Source of the DNA: Patescibacteria group bacterium AH-259-L05
GTDB lineage: Bacteria; Patescibacteriota; Patescibacteriia; UBA2591; UBA6264
Length of the DNA: 64,000 nt
Reading direction: 5' to 3'
Assembly (NCBI GenBank): GCA_027717985.1
Contig: JALLOO010000001.1
Location: 80,534-144,533 of the forward strand
The position numbers and the translations under genes are program-made. Under the pieces are notes generated by a model, which was not told where the DNA came from, made no database searches, and saw only the letters and a program-made list of their open reading frames with translations. The stretch's first letter is position 1, and each line of letters begins with the position of its first letter. Positions 7,849-17,405 of this stretch are shown here, piece after piece.

Positions 7849-10800
7849 ATGCCCATCTCTACTAAACAACGTAAAACATTTTTTACTTCAAAATTTGATC
7901 TGTCCTTGCCTGATTTAGTTGAAATACAAAAGGCTTCGTATGATTGGTTTTTGAAAAAAGGAATTAAAGAATTATTTGAAGAATTCTCTCCTATCGAAGA
8001 TGCAGTAGGGAGAAATCATGAATTACATTTTAAAAGTTGTTCATTAGGAGCACCAAAATTTGATGAAATCACGAGTAAAAATCGCAACCTAACCTATGAA
8101 GCGCCCTTGACCGTAAAAGCGCGCTTAATTAATAAGAAAACTGGCAAGAAGACTTCGCAAGAAGTATATTTTAGTGACATTCCGCTGATGACAAAACGCG
8201 GAACGTTTATTATTAATGGTATTGAGCGTGTTGTAGTGCAACAGCTTGTGAGGTCGCCCGGCGTATTCTTCTCAGGAGAATTAATCAAAGGGCGACTTTT
8301 TTATGGCGCAAAGATTATTCCTGACCGTGGTGCATGGTTTGAGCTTGAAACTGATACGAAAGGTGTGATGTGGGTGCGCATTGATAGACAGAGGAAAACG
8401 ACCATAACCGCACTCCTGAGAGTTTTTGAGCTTGGTACGGATAAAGAAATTTTAGATGCGTTTAAACAATTTAAAGACGGATCAGGACTAGATTATATTA
8501 AAGCAACCCTTGAAAAAGACCCTTCCTCGACTGAACAAGAGGGGTTGATTGAGGTGTATAGAAAAATTCGGCCAGGAGAGCTGGCAACGGTTGATAATGC
8601 TAAATCATTGATTTATGCTATGTTGTTTAAATCAAACCGGTATGATCTAAGCAAGGTGGGGCGGTATAAAATGAATCAACGACTCGGTTTTGATAAAAGT
8701 GTAAAAGAGCGCGTATTGCGCCAGAAAGATATTGTTGCGGTAATTGCTGAGATGATACGACTGAGTATCAATCAATCATTACCTGATGATATCGATCATT
8801 TAGCGAATAGACGAGTACGTGCTGTTGGTGAATCAGTTCAGAATAGGATGCGTGTAGGAATGTTACGGCTTCAAAGAATTATTCGGGATAGAATGAGTGT
8901 TGTTGAGCAAAAAGCATTAACGCCAGGACAATTGATTAATGTGAGGCCCATTACGGGCGTGATTAGAGAGTTTTTTATGTCATCGCAATTATCTCAGTTT
9001 ATGGATCAAACCAACATTCTTTCAGAGCTTGAGCACAAACGCAGGTTAACCGCGGTAGGCCCGGGAGGTCTCACCCGAGAGCGTGCTGGCTTTGAGGTTC
9101 GCGATGTACATAGAACGTATTATGGGAAAATTTGTCCGATTGCAACACCGGAAGGCCCAAATGTTGGTTTAGTAAACCATCTAAGCTGTTATGCACGACT
9201 GAGCGAATATGGCTTTATGGAGACCCCGTATCGTAAGGTAGTAAAGGGAAAACTTACTAATGAAATTGCCTATTTAAATGCGCATGAGGAAGAGCAACAT
9301 ATTTTAGCGCCCTATTCTACTCCCATTGATAAAAATGGGAACATTAGTGAAGAAGGAGTTGAAGCACGAATTCATGGCCGTCCAGGATTTTGTCGGTCTA
9401 AAGAAGTTGAATTTATTGATGTAGCGTCAAATCAAGTTGTCAGTGTAGCGACCAGTTTGATCCCCTTTTTAGAGCATGATGATGGTGTACGGGCTTTGAT
9501 GGGGACTAACATGCAACGACAAGCAGTGCCGTTAGTAAGACCAGCTTCTCCTCTTGTGGGAACGGGAATTGAGGCGCGTATTGCAAAAGATTCTGATCAT
9601 ATGATTCATGCTCAAAAAGCAGGACGAGTAACGAGTATTGATGCAAATCATGTTACTATTTCTTACACTTCAGGCGGAGAAGAAATATATTACCTTAATA
9701 AATTCCAACGATCTAATTTTGATACATGCTTTAATCAGCGGCCAACCGTAGCCAAGGGACAAAGGATAAAAGCTGGCGAGATTTTAGCAGAAGGACCTTC
9801 AATTGAAAATGGAGAGTTAGCCTTGGGACAAAATATATTGGTTGCGTTTATGCCATGGGAGGGAGGAAATTATGAAGATGCCATTTTAATATCGTCACGA
9901 TTAGTGCAAAGTGATCTGTACTCTTCGCTTCATATTGATGAACACACCATTGATATTCGCGAGACAAAGTTTGGACCGGAAATGATGACGTGTGATATTC
10001 CTAATGTAAGTGAAGAAAAGTTAAAAAATCTTGATGATGAAGGAATTGTGCGCATTGGTGCAGAGGTACAGTCTGGAGATATTTTAGTGGGCAAAATTAC
10101 ACCAAAGGGCGAGATTGAGCTGACCGCAGAAGAAAAACTTTTGCGTGCGATTTTTGGAGAAAAAGCGCAGGATGTTCGTGACTCCTCTTTGTATTTAGAG
10201 CATGGTGAGCATGGGAAAATTATTGATATAAAAATATTTTCCCGTGATAAAGGAGATAAATTGCCGTCAGGGGTAATTAAATCTATAAGCGTGTTAATTG
10301 CTGATCTGCGTAAGATACAAATTGGTGACAAAATGGCAGGCCGTCATGGAAATAAAGGAGTTATATCGCGCATTGTGGCCGAGGAAGATATGCCATATTT
10401 AAAAGATGGCACACCCGTTGATATTATTTTAAATCCATTAGGTGTAGTTTCTCGAATGAATTTAGGACAAATTTTAGAAACACATTTAGGTTTAGCTGCC
10501 CAGGCATTAGGGTATAAGGCAGCAAGCCCTGTATTAAATGGCGTTACCATGATTGAGATTAAACGTGAACTTAAGCGTGCAGGGTATTCTGAGAGCGGTA
10601 AGGCTATGCTCTATGATGGAAGAACCAGCGAGCAATTTAAGGAGCCCATAACCATTGGCTATATTTACATGATGAAACTCAATCATTTGGTTGAAGACAA
10701 AATTCATCAACGTTCAATTGGGCCATATTCATTGATTACCCAGCAGCCATTAGGTGGAAAAGCGCAGTTTGGAGGGCAGCGATTTGGAGAAATGGAAGTA

Positions 10801-11046
10801 TGGGCGCTTGAAGGATATGGTGCTGCGCATGCCCTTCAAGAAATGTTGACCATTAAATCCGATGATGTGGTTGGACGAACTAAGGCATATGAGTCAATTA
10901 TTAAAGATGAACCTATTAAGGAGATTCATATTCCAGAATCATTTAGCGTATTGGTGCGCGAATTAAAGGGATTAGCGTTGGGGGTTGATATGTTGCGTCA
11001 TGGCAGGAAACTCCCCGCGCGACGCGATAAGAAATCGAGGCGCTAG
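7849..11046 (+). CDS. rpoB: DNA-directed RNA polymerase subunit beta
   Basis: GPGGLTRERAGFEVRDVH, NMQRQAVPL and GGQRFGEMEVWALE. I prefer the ATG at 7849 (MPISTKQRK) over the upstream TTG at 7822. Confidence 0.96.
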   Translation: MPISTKQRKTFFTSKFDLSLPDLVEIQKASYDWFLKKGIKELFEEFSPIEDAVGRNHELHFKSCSLGAPKFDEITSKNRNLTYEAPLTVKARLINKKTGKKTSQEVYFSDIPLMTKRGTFIINGIERVVVQQLVRSPGVFFSGELIKGRLFYGAKIIPDRGAWFELETDTKGVMWVRIDRQRKTTITALLRVFELGTDKEILDAFKQFKDGSGLDYIKATLEKDPSSTEQEGLIEVYRKIRPGELATVDNAKSLIYAMLFKSNRYDLSKVGRYKMNQRLGFDKSVKERVLRQKDIVAVIAEMIRLSINQSLPDDIDHLANRRVRAVGESVQNRMRVGMLRLQRIIRDRMSVVEQKALTPGQLINVRPITGVIREFFMSSQLSQFMDQTNILSELEHKRRLTAVGPGGLTRERAGFEVRDVHRTYYGKICPIATPEGPNVGLVNHLSCYARLSEYGFMETPYRKVVKGKLTNEIAYLNAHEEEQHILAPYSTPIDKNGNISEEGVEARIHGRPGFCRSKEVEFIDVASNQVVSVATSLIPFLEHDDGVRALMGTNMQRQAVPLVRPASPLVGTGIEARIAKDSDHMIHAQKAGRVTSIDANHVTISYTSGGEEIYYLNKFQRSNFDTCFNQRPTVAKGQRIKAGEILAEGPSIENGELALGQNILVAFMPWEGGNYEDAILISSRLVQSDLYSSLHIDEHTIDIRETKFGPEMMTCDIPNVSEEKLKNLDDEGIVRIGAEVQSGDILVGKITPKGEIELTAEEKLLRAIFGEKAQDVRDSSLYLEHGEHGKIIDIKIFSRDKGDKLPSGVIKSISVLIADLRKIQIGDKMAGRHGNKGVISRIVAEEDMPYLKDGTPVDIILNPLGVVSRMNLGQILETHLGLAAQALGYKAASPVLNGVTMIEIKRELKRAGYSESGKAMLYDGRTSEQFKEPITIGYIYMMKLNHLVEDKIHQRSIGPYSLITQQPLGGKAQFGGQRFGEMEVWALEGYGAAHALQEMLTIKSDDVVGRTKAYESIIKDEPIKEIHIPESFSVLVRELKGLALGVDMLRHGRKLPARRDKKSRR

Positions 11047-11079
11047 GTCTTGAAAATTAATTAACATTAATTTCATCGC

Positions 11080-14000
11080 ATGCCGACACCATCAACAATT
11101 TCCACATTAACGTTACCATCTGATAAAAGAAGACATCAGGCTGATTTTGATGCGATACGTTTACATCTCGCATCACCAAAAGAGATTATGGAGGAATGGT
11201 CATATGGGGAGGTTACGAAGCCAGAAACCATTAATTATCGATCTCGTAAGCCAGAGCGCGACGGCTTATTTTGTCAGAGAATTTTTGGTCCGGTAAAAGA
11301 CTGGCAGTGCGCGTGCGGCAAATATAAAAAGCTGCGCTATCGTGGTATCACGTGTGATCGTTGCGGCGTTGAGATAACGCGATCGTTAGTACGGCGTGAA
11401 CGCTTGGGCCATATTAAACTTGCTGCACCAGTAGCCCATATTTGGTTTTTGCGCAGCGTCCCATCAAAAATCGGGCTGTTGTTAGATATGTCAGTTGCGG
11501 CATTAGAAAAAGTGGCTTATTTTGCTAATTTTATCATTACCCATGTTGATGAAGATTTAAAAGAAAAAGCGCAAGAAAAATTAGAGCAAGAGTTTAATGA
11601 TGAGAAAAAAGCGCTTAAACATGAAAAACATAACGATTCAAAGGAATATGCAAGGAGACTTGAGGATCTAACGACAGCATATAAAGAAACAAAGCGTGAA
11701 ATAACAGAGTTATATGAAAAGCGTTTGTTAACTGAACTAGAATATCGCGAGCTTTCGATGAGCTATGGGCATATTTTTGAGGCTGGTATTGGTGCAGAGG
11801 CAATTTTAAAATTACTTGAAAATCTTGATTTGTCTAAACTTGCACGAGAACTTGAAAAGAAGCGGGGAGAAACAACCAATCCTACTAAAAAGAAAAAATT
11901 ACTCCAGCGTATAAAGTATGTCCACAATTTTATTACCAATAATGTCAAGCCAGAGTATATGGTGCTCCGTGCAGTGCCCGTGATTCCACCAGAACTAAGG
12001 CCATTAGTGCCGTTAGATGGCGGCAGGTTTGCGTCTTCAGATTTAAATGATTTGTATCGACGGATAATCAATCGCAATAATCGTTTAAAACGATTGTATG
12101 ATTTGCATGCGCCAGAGGTGATTTTACGCAATGAAAAGAGAATGCTTCAAGAAGCAGTTGATGCATTAATTGATAATGAAATGCGTTCAGGGAAAACAAC
12201 CATTGCCTCGACTGGGCAGCGAAGGCCCTTAAAATCTTTAGCTGATATTTTAAAAGGAAAGCAAGGGCGATTTCGACAGAATTTACTTGGGAAGCGCGTA
12301 GATTATTCAGGCCGATCTGTTATTGTGGTTGGGCCGCGCCTGAAGTTAAGTCAGTGCGGTCTGCCAAAGCTTATGGCAGTGGAATTGTTTAAGCCGTTTA
12401 TTGCTTCTGAATTAATTAAGCGAGAAATTGTTCATAATGTGAGATCCGCCAATCGTTTAATTGAGACAGGGACTGAAGAGGTATATGCTATTTTAGAAGA
12501 AATTATTAAAGATACACATGTATTATTGAATCGTGCGCCAACACTTCATCGATTAGGCATTCAAGCGTTTCAGCCTGTATTGATTGAAGGAAAAGCGATT
12601 CAAATTCATCCCTTGGTATGTGCAGCATTTAATGCTGATTTTGATGGAGATCAAATGGCGGTACACGTTCCTATTACGAGTCAGGCACGTGATGAGGCAA
12701 AAAATATTATTCTCTCAACACACAATTTGTTAAAGCCGGCAACGGGCGAGCCAATTGTGACCCCAACGCAAGATATGATCTGGGGCGCATATTATATGAC
12801 CTATTGTGAGCGGAGCGAACAACAAGGTTCTGCGAAGCATGGTTCTTATGACGAGCGGAGAGAGGAACAAGGTTCTGCGAAGCACGGTTCTTATATTCAC
12901 AAAAAAAGTAAAAAAGAATATCCGAATTTTAGTAGTATCGATGAAGCAGTGTTGGCATACTCAATCGGGAAAATTACGCTTCAAGAGAAAATTAACGTTA
13001 GAGTTGATTCTGAGCGCAGACAAGTGAGTGTGGGGCGGTTATTATTTAATGCAATTCTGCCAAAAGGAATTTATACTATGGATACCGTGGTTGATAAAGG
13101 GACGTTAAAACAAATTGTAATTAAAACAATTCAAAAATATGGCAGAGATAAGACAGTTGAATTGTTGGATCAAATTAAACAAACTACACTCACGTATTTA
13201 ACAGGATCAGGGCTTTCGTGGGGAATGGATGATTTGCCTGACTTGGAGCAAAAAAAAGAGATTCTTGCTGAGGCAGAAAAACGCATTGATGAGATTAGAA
13301 ACCAATATGAAACCGGTTTGTTATCTGAAAATGAACGATATTTAAAAAGTATCGAAGTGTGGATTAGCGCAAAAGATAAAATTACTGAGGTGGTGAGAAA
13401 ACGAGATCCTGAATTTAGTCCTATATTTTCTATGGTTGAATCCGGTGCACGGGGTTCATGGGCACAGCTTACCCAAATGTTTGGTATGCGTGGTATTGTA
13501 TCTTCGCCAACCGGCAGATTAATTGAGCTTCCTATTAAATCTTCATTTAAAGAAGGATTTAATGTGTTAGAATATTTTATTTCTACCCATGGTTCGCGAA
13601 AAGGTGTATCTGATACCGCGCTTCGTACGGCGAGTGCGGGATATTTAACCCGGCGCATGGTTGATGTATGTCAGGACATTATTATTACTAAAAATGATTG
13701 TAAGAGTGCAAAGGGTTTTAAGTTCACGCGTGAAGACAATACAAAAATGGGAGAAAATTGGCAAACGCGTTTATTTGGCAGAGTAGCAGAAAAGGCAATC
13801 CATGACCCAAAATCAAAGGCTGTTATTGTTCGCAAAAATGATGTTATATCATATGATAAGGCAGAGGAAATACAAAATGCAGATCCTGAAGAGGTAAGGA
13901 TTCGATCGGTATTAACGTGTCAATCAGTGCGCGGTATATGCGCGCGATGCTATGGCTATGATTTAAGCTATAACGAGCCGGTTAAGATTGGTACACCAGT

Positions 14001-15012
14001 CGGTATTATTGCAGCTCAAAGTATTGGTGAACCAGGAACCCAGCTGACGCTGAGGACGTTTCATACAGGAGGTGTTGCGGGTAAAGATATTACACAAGGG
14101 CTTCCGCGTGTTGAAGAGCTGTTTGAAGTTAGGCCAGTAAAGCGGAAAGCAGTTATGGCAAAGCATAAGGGCACTGTTAAGATTATCTCATCAGATGATC
14201 AAAAAAGAGTTAGGATTACCTATCTGAGCAGACAAGAAGATACGTATACCATTGCGGGCAAAAAAGCCAAGCTTAACGTTAAGCAAGGGCAAAAATTAAA
14301 AAAGGGCGATAGTATTGCAATATTACCCTCCTTGTCATCCCGCGCCTCGCGCGGGAAGACAAAAGAAGTGTCATCTTCTGGGAAGAAAATCACGGCGCGG
14401 CATAGTGGAGAAGTTGCTATTGAAGATACGGTGGTTACGGTAACATATGAGGGGGAAAAACATGAAGAGTATGATGTGGCCGGATATACCATATGGGTTA
14501 AAGACAAAGATAAGGTAGAGAAGGGTCAGCAATTAACTGATGGAAGTTTGGATTTGCGTGAACTCTATACATTGCGCGGCAAAGAAGAGGTAGAAAAATA
14601 TATATTGCGGGAAATTCAATATATTTATTCATCTCAGGGGCAAAGATTAAATGATAAGCATGTTGAGCTCATTATTCGTCAAATATTTTCCCGCGTATTA
14701 GTAGTGGATTCTGGTGATACTGATCTTTTGCCCGGAGAGATTGTACCCAAAGCGTATGTAATTGAAGCAAATAAGATAGTTGAAAAAGAAGGTAAGAAAT
14801 CGGCCAAAGTAAAGGAGCTGCTCACTGGTATCACCCGGGTTTCACTCTCGACCGATAGCTGGCTTTCTGCTGCGAGTTTTCAAGAAACATCTCGTGTGTT
14901 AGTTAATGCGGCAATTAGCGGGCGGCCTGATTATTTACGCGGGTTAAAAGAAAATGTAATTGTGGGACAATTAATCCCTGCGGGAACCGGTTTGGAATCT
15001 AGAAAGGCCTAG
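11080..15012 (+). CDS. rpoC: DNA-directed RNA polymerase subunit beta-prime, with two repeat-derived in-frame insertions
   Basis: Zn finger CACGKYKKLRYRGITCDRCGV, catalytic NADFDGDQMAVH, and trigger-loop region DITQGLPRVEELFE. Confidence 0.96.
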   Translation: MPTPSTISTLTLPSDKRRHQADFDAIRLHLASPKEIMEEWSYGEVTKPETINYRSRKPERDGLFCQRIFGPVKDWQCACGKYKKLRYRGITCDRCGVEITRSLVRRERLGHIKLAAPVAHIWFLRSVPSKIGLLLDMSVAALEKVAYFANFIITHVDEDLKEKAQEKLEQEFNDEKKALKHEKHNDSKEYARRLEDLTTAYKETKREITELYEKRLLTELEYRELSMSYGHIFEAGIGAEAILKLLENLDLSKLARELEKKRGETTNPTKKKKLLQRIKYVHNFITNNVKPEYMVLRAVPVIPPELRPLVPLDGGRFASSDLNDLYRRIINRNNRLKRLYDLHAPEVILRNEKRMLQEAVDALIDNEMRSGKTTIASTGQRRPLKSLADILKGKQGRFRQNLLGKRVDYSGRSVIVVGPRLKLSQCGLPKLMAVELFKPFIASELIKREIVHNVRSANRLIETGTEEVYAILEEIIKDTHVLLNRAPTLHRLGIQAFQPVLIEGKAIQIHPLVCAAFNADFDGDQMAVHVPITSQARDEAKNIILSTHNLLKPATGEPIVTPTQDMIWGAYYMTYCERSEQQGSAKHGSYDERREEQGSAKHGSYIHKKSKKEYPNFSSIDEAVLAYSIGKITLQEKINVRVDSERRQVSVGRLLFNAILPKGIYTMDTVVDKGTLKQIVIKTIQKYGRDKTVELLDQIKQTTLTYLTGSGLSWGMDDLPDLEQKKEILAEAEKRIDEIRNQYETGLLSENERYLKSIEVWISAKDKITEVVRKRDPEFSPIFSMVESGARGSWAQLTQMFGMRGIVSSPTGRLIELPIKSSFKEGFNVLEYFISTHGSRKGVSDTALRTASAGYLTRRMVDVCQDIIITKNDCKSAKGFKFTREDNTKMGENWQTRLFGRVAEKAIHDPKSKAVIVRKNDVISYDKAEEIQNADPEEVRIRSVLTCQSVRGICARCYGYDLSYNEPVKIGTPVGIIAAQSIGEPGTQLTLRTFHTGGVAGKDITQGLPRVEELFEVRPVKRKAVMAKHKGTVKIISSDDQKRVRITYLSRQEDTYTIAGKKAKLNVKQGQKLKKGDSIAILPSLSSRASRGKTKEVSSSGKKITARHSGEVAIEDTVVTVTYEGEKHEEYDVAGYTIWVKDKDKVEKGQQLTDGSLDLRELYTLRGKEEVEKYILREIQYIYSSQGQRLNDKHVELIIRQIFSRVLVVDSGDTDLLPGEIVPKAYVIEANKIVEKEGKKSAKVKELLTGITRVSLSTDSWLSAASFQETSRVLVNAAISGRPDYLRGLKENVIVGQLIPAGTGLESRKA
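12808..12894 (-). repeat. Family-B-related tandem duplication (42 + 45 nt) in frame in rpoC
   Basis: Two consecutive copies of GAGCGGAG(C/A)GA..CAAGGTTCTGCGAAGCA(T/C)GGTTCTTAT encode ERSEQQGSAKHGSY / DERREEQGSAKHGSY. The core matches CAAGGTTCTGACGAAGTCAGGTTCTTAT at 58668-58696. Confidence 0.8.
14327..14365 (+). repeat. Family-A repeat (long-palindrome subtype) in frame in rpoC
   Basis: CCCTCCTTGTCATCCCGCGCCTCGCGCGGGAAGACAAAAG. A 14-bp stem (TTGTCATCCCGCGC / GCGCGGGAAGACAA) with one mismatch. Encodes [13 protein letters not shown]. Confidence 0.85.
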
Positions 15013-15040
15013 ATTTTAGATTTAAGATTCTAGATTTATG

Positions 15041-15068
15041 AGTTTGCTTTACTATGCAAACTTTTTAT
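15041..15068 (+). terminator. Rho-independent terminator-like hairpin after rpoC
   Basis: AGTTTGC-TTTACTAT-GCAAACT followed by TTTTAT. The stem is AT-rich, so only moderate support. Confidence 0.45.
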
Positions 15069-15076
15069 GCTATAAT
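15068..15076 (+). promoter_or_regulatory. Extended -10 promoter element (TGcTATAAT) upstream of ftsK
   Basis: TG at 15068-15069 and TATAAT at 15071-15076. The -35 is weak (TTTACT). The family-A repeat at 15109-15182 would lie in the leader. Confidence 0.4.
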
Positions 15077-15108
15077 GATCACATTAATGATCTTGAATTA
15101 CGAAATAG

Positions 15109-15182
15109 CCCCACCTTGTCATTCCGAGCGAACTGCCCCCTTTTGTCATTCCGAGCGAGCCCAAAGGCGAGCGAGGAATCTC
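15109..15182 (+). repeat. Family-A repeat, intergenic copy (two TTGTCATTCCGAGCGA units plus GAGCGAGGAATC arm) in the ftsK leader
   Basis: CCCCACCTTGTCATTCCGAGCGAACTGCCCCCTTTTGTCATTCCGAGCGAGCCCAAAGGCGAGCGAGGAATCTC. Same architecture as 3921-3961 and 18121-18169. Confidence 0.9.
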
Positions 15183-15206
15183 AAACATTAATGAGTATTG
15201 ATTTTT

Positions 15207-17390
15207 ATGGCTAAAAAAAGACAAAGAAAATCAACAAAGCTTCGAAAAGAGCGTAAAACAAAAAAGAATAGAAAAAGGAGGAAAAAGCAAGGATTTGAAA
15301 AAATGAGTGAATTTCATCGTCAGGCTATATCCATTATTTTGATAGCCCTGTCAGTAATTTTGTTGTTAAGCCAAATTGGACTTGCCGGTATAGCAGGTGA
15401 GTTTTTCGCACTCGGACTTCAAATATTATTTGGCTGGGTGAGCTGGTTTATCCCGGTGATATTTTTAATTTTAGCGTTTATTAGTATTAAATATGATGCA
15501 ATTCAAGATCAGAGTATACTTCGCCTAAAACGGCCGCCTTCATTTATTACTCGTTTTCTCGTCCTAATACTCTTAGCAGTTATATTATCTTCAGCACTTC
15601 ATGTCTCATTTATTAATAATCCAACCGCATTAAACGAATTACAAGGCGGTGGATATATTGGGTATGGCATTAGTTATGTGATGGTGAAAACCTTTGGCAA
15701 TTGGGCAAGTTGGATTATTTTCGCAGCCGCTTTTATTATTGGGTTGTTTGTTGCGCTTTCAGGCATGATAAAGAAAAAACCGAAAAAAGAAGAACGGGTA
15801 GTGGTAAAACAGAGCTTTATACATCGTATTTTTGAAAAAATAAAAAAACTCATATCTCATAAACAGCCAGCAGTTGAGAGCACATCAGAAACAGAAAAGT
15901 TGCTTGAAGTATTACCAGAGGATGAAGGAGCTTTATCCTCTCCCTCAAAACAAAAACCAACACTTCCTATTACGGCGATAAAATCATATCAAAAAGCTGA
16001 TATGCCGTTACATCTATTAGATAGCGCCAGCTCTAAACCAAACGCAGGAGATATTAAGGCGAATAAATTAATTATTAAGCGTACATTAGAGAATTTTTAT
16101 ATTCCGGTGGAAATGGGAGAGGTAAAGGTTGGCCCTACGGTAACACAATATACATTAAAGCCAGCAGAAGGCGTAAAATTATCTAAAATTACCACGCTTC
16201 ACAATGATCTATCAATGGCATTAGCAGCGCATCCGATTCGTATTGAAGCGCCCATTCCCGGCCGATCTATGGTAGGGATTGAAGTGCCGAATGTCCGTGT
16301 TGCCGTGATTCGCTTAAAAGAAATGTTAGTGAGCGATACGTTTAAAAAACGAAAATCAAATTTAACTATATCGCTCGGCCGTGATGTAGCAGGAAGAATT
16401 TGGTTGGCAGATTTATCTAATATGCCGCATATGTTAGTAGCAGGCAGTACGGGATCAGGAAAAACAATATTTTTAAATTCAGTTATTATAAGTTTAATTT
16501 ATCAAAATGCGCCTGAAGATTTGCGTTTTATTTTAATTGATCCAAAACGCGTTGAGCTTACGTTATATAATGAACTGCCGCATTTATTAACCCCCGTTAT
16601 CGTGGATGTTGATAAAACAATTAATGCCCTGAAATGGACTATTGGTGAAATGGAGCGTCGGTTTGACATAATGCATGACGCACAAAAACGAAACATTAGT
16701 ACGTATAATAGCGCGTTTTCTAATAGTAGACTCCCCTATATTATTGTTATTATAGATGAGTTAGCGGATTTAATGGTTACCGCACCACATGAGGTGGAAA
16801 CCTGTATTATTCGTTTAGCGCAGATGGCACGTGCAACAGGAATCCATTTAGTGATGGCAACCCAACGCCCGTCGGTTGACATTATTACGGGATTAATTAA
16901 GGCAAATATTACCACGCGCGTTGCGTTTTCAGTAGCTTCTGCAGTTGATTCACGAACCATTTTAGATTTTTCTGGTGCAGAACGGTTGTTAGGACGGGGA
17001 GATATGCTATTTATCTCGCCTGAGATTTCAAAACCACGGCGTTTGCAGGGCCCGTATGTTTCTGATATCGAGATTAAAAAAGTAGTTGAGTATTTAAAAA
17101 ATATTGCGAAACCTTTGTATAAAGAAGAAGTTACGGAATCACAGCCAGATGATATACGTTCTCATTTTGGCGATTTAAAAAAAGATGAACTTTTAGATGA
17201 GGCGCGCGAGACAGTAATTGCAGCGGGGAAAGCATCGGCATCATATTTACAGCGGCGACTGCGTATTGGCTATGCCAGGGCCGCGCGACTCCTAGATTTA
17301 TTAGAAGAAGAGGGGACTATTGGGCCTCAAGAAGGATCAAAACCACGAGAAGTATACACGTCTTCTTCTAATAAAGAAGACGCGGAGTAG
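15207..17390 (+). CDS. ftsK: DNA translocase FtsK/SpoIIIE
   Basis: N-terminal TM segments, Walker A VAGSTGSGKT, Walker B IIVIIDELADLM, and a C-terminal gamma winged helix (SYLQRRLRIGYARAARLLD). ATG 15207 is preferred. Confidence 0.92.
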   Translation: MAKKRQRKSTKLRKERKTKKNRKRRKKQGFEKMSEFHRQAISIILIALSVILLLSQIGLAGIAGEFFALGLQILFGWVSWFIPVIFLILAFISIKYDAIQDQSILRLKRPPSFITRFLVLILLAVILSSALHVSFINNPTALNELQGGGYIGYGISYVMVKTFGNWASWIIFAAAFIIGLFVALSGMIKKKPKKEERVVVKQSFIHRIFEKIKKLISHKQPAVESTSETEKLLEVLPEDEGALSSPSKQKPTLPITAIKSYQKADMPLHLLDSASSKPNAGDIKANKLIIKRTLENFYIPVEMGEVKVGPTVTQYTLKPAEGVKLSKITTLHNDLSMALAAHPIRIEAPIPGRSMVGIEVPNVRVAVIRLKEMLVSDTFKKRKSNLTISLGRDVAGRIWLADLSNMPHMLVAGSTGSGKTIFLNSVIISLIYQNAPEDLRFILIDPKRVELTLYNELPHLLTPVIVDVDKTINALKWTIGEMERRFDIMHDAQKRNISTYNSAFSNSRLPYIIVIIDELADLMVTAPHEVETCIIRLAQMARATGIHLVMATQRPSVDIITGLIKANITTRVAFSVASAVDSRTILDFSGAERLLGRGDMLFISPEISKPRRLQGPYVSDIEIKKVVEYLKNIAKPLYKEEVTESQPDDIRSHFGDLKKDELLDEARETVIAAGKASASYLQRRLRIGYARAARLLDLLEEEGTIGPQEGSKPREVYTSSSNKEDAE

Positions 17391-17405
17391 ATAAAAAATT
17401 ATTAC

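Noticed and set aside
15013-15040. TAGATTT-type short direct repeats right after rpoC (CTAGATTTTAGATTTAAGATTCTAGATTT)
   Set aside because: This is a very short, AT-rich, low-complexity run adjacent to the terminator hairpin, and no function can be supported.
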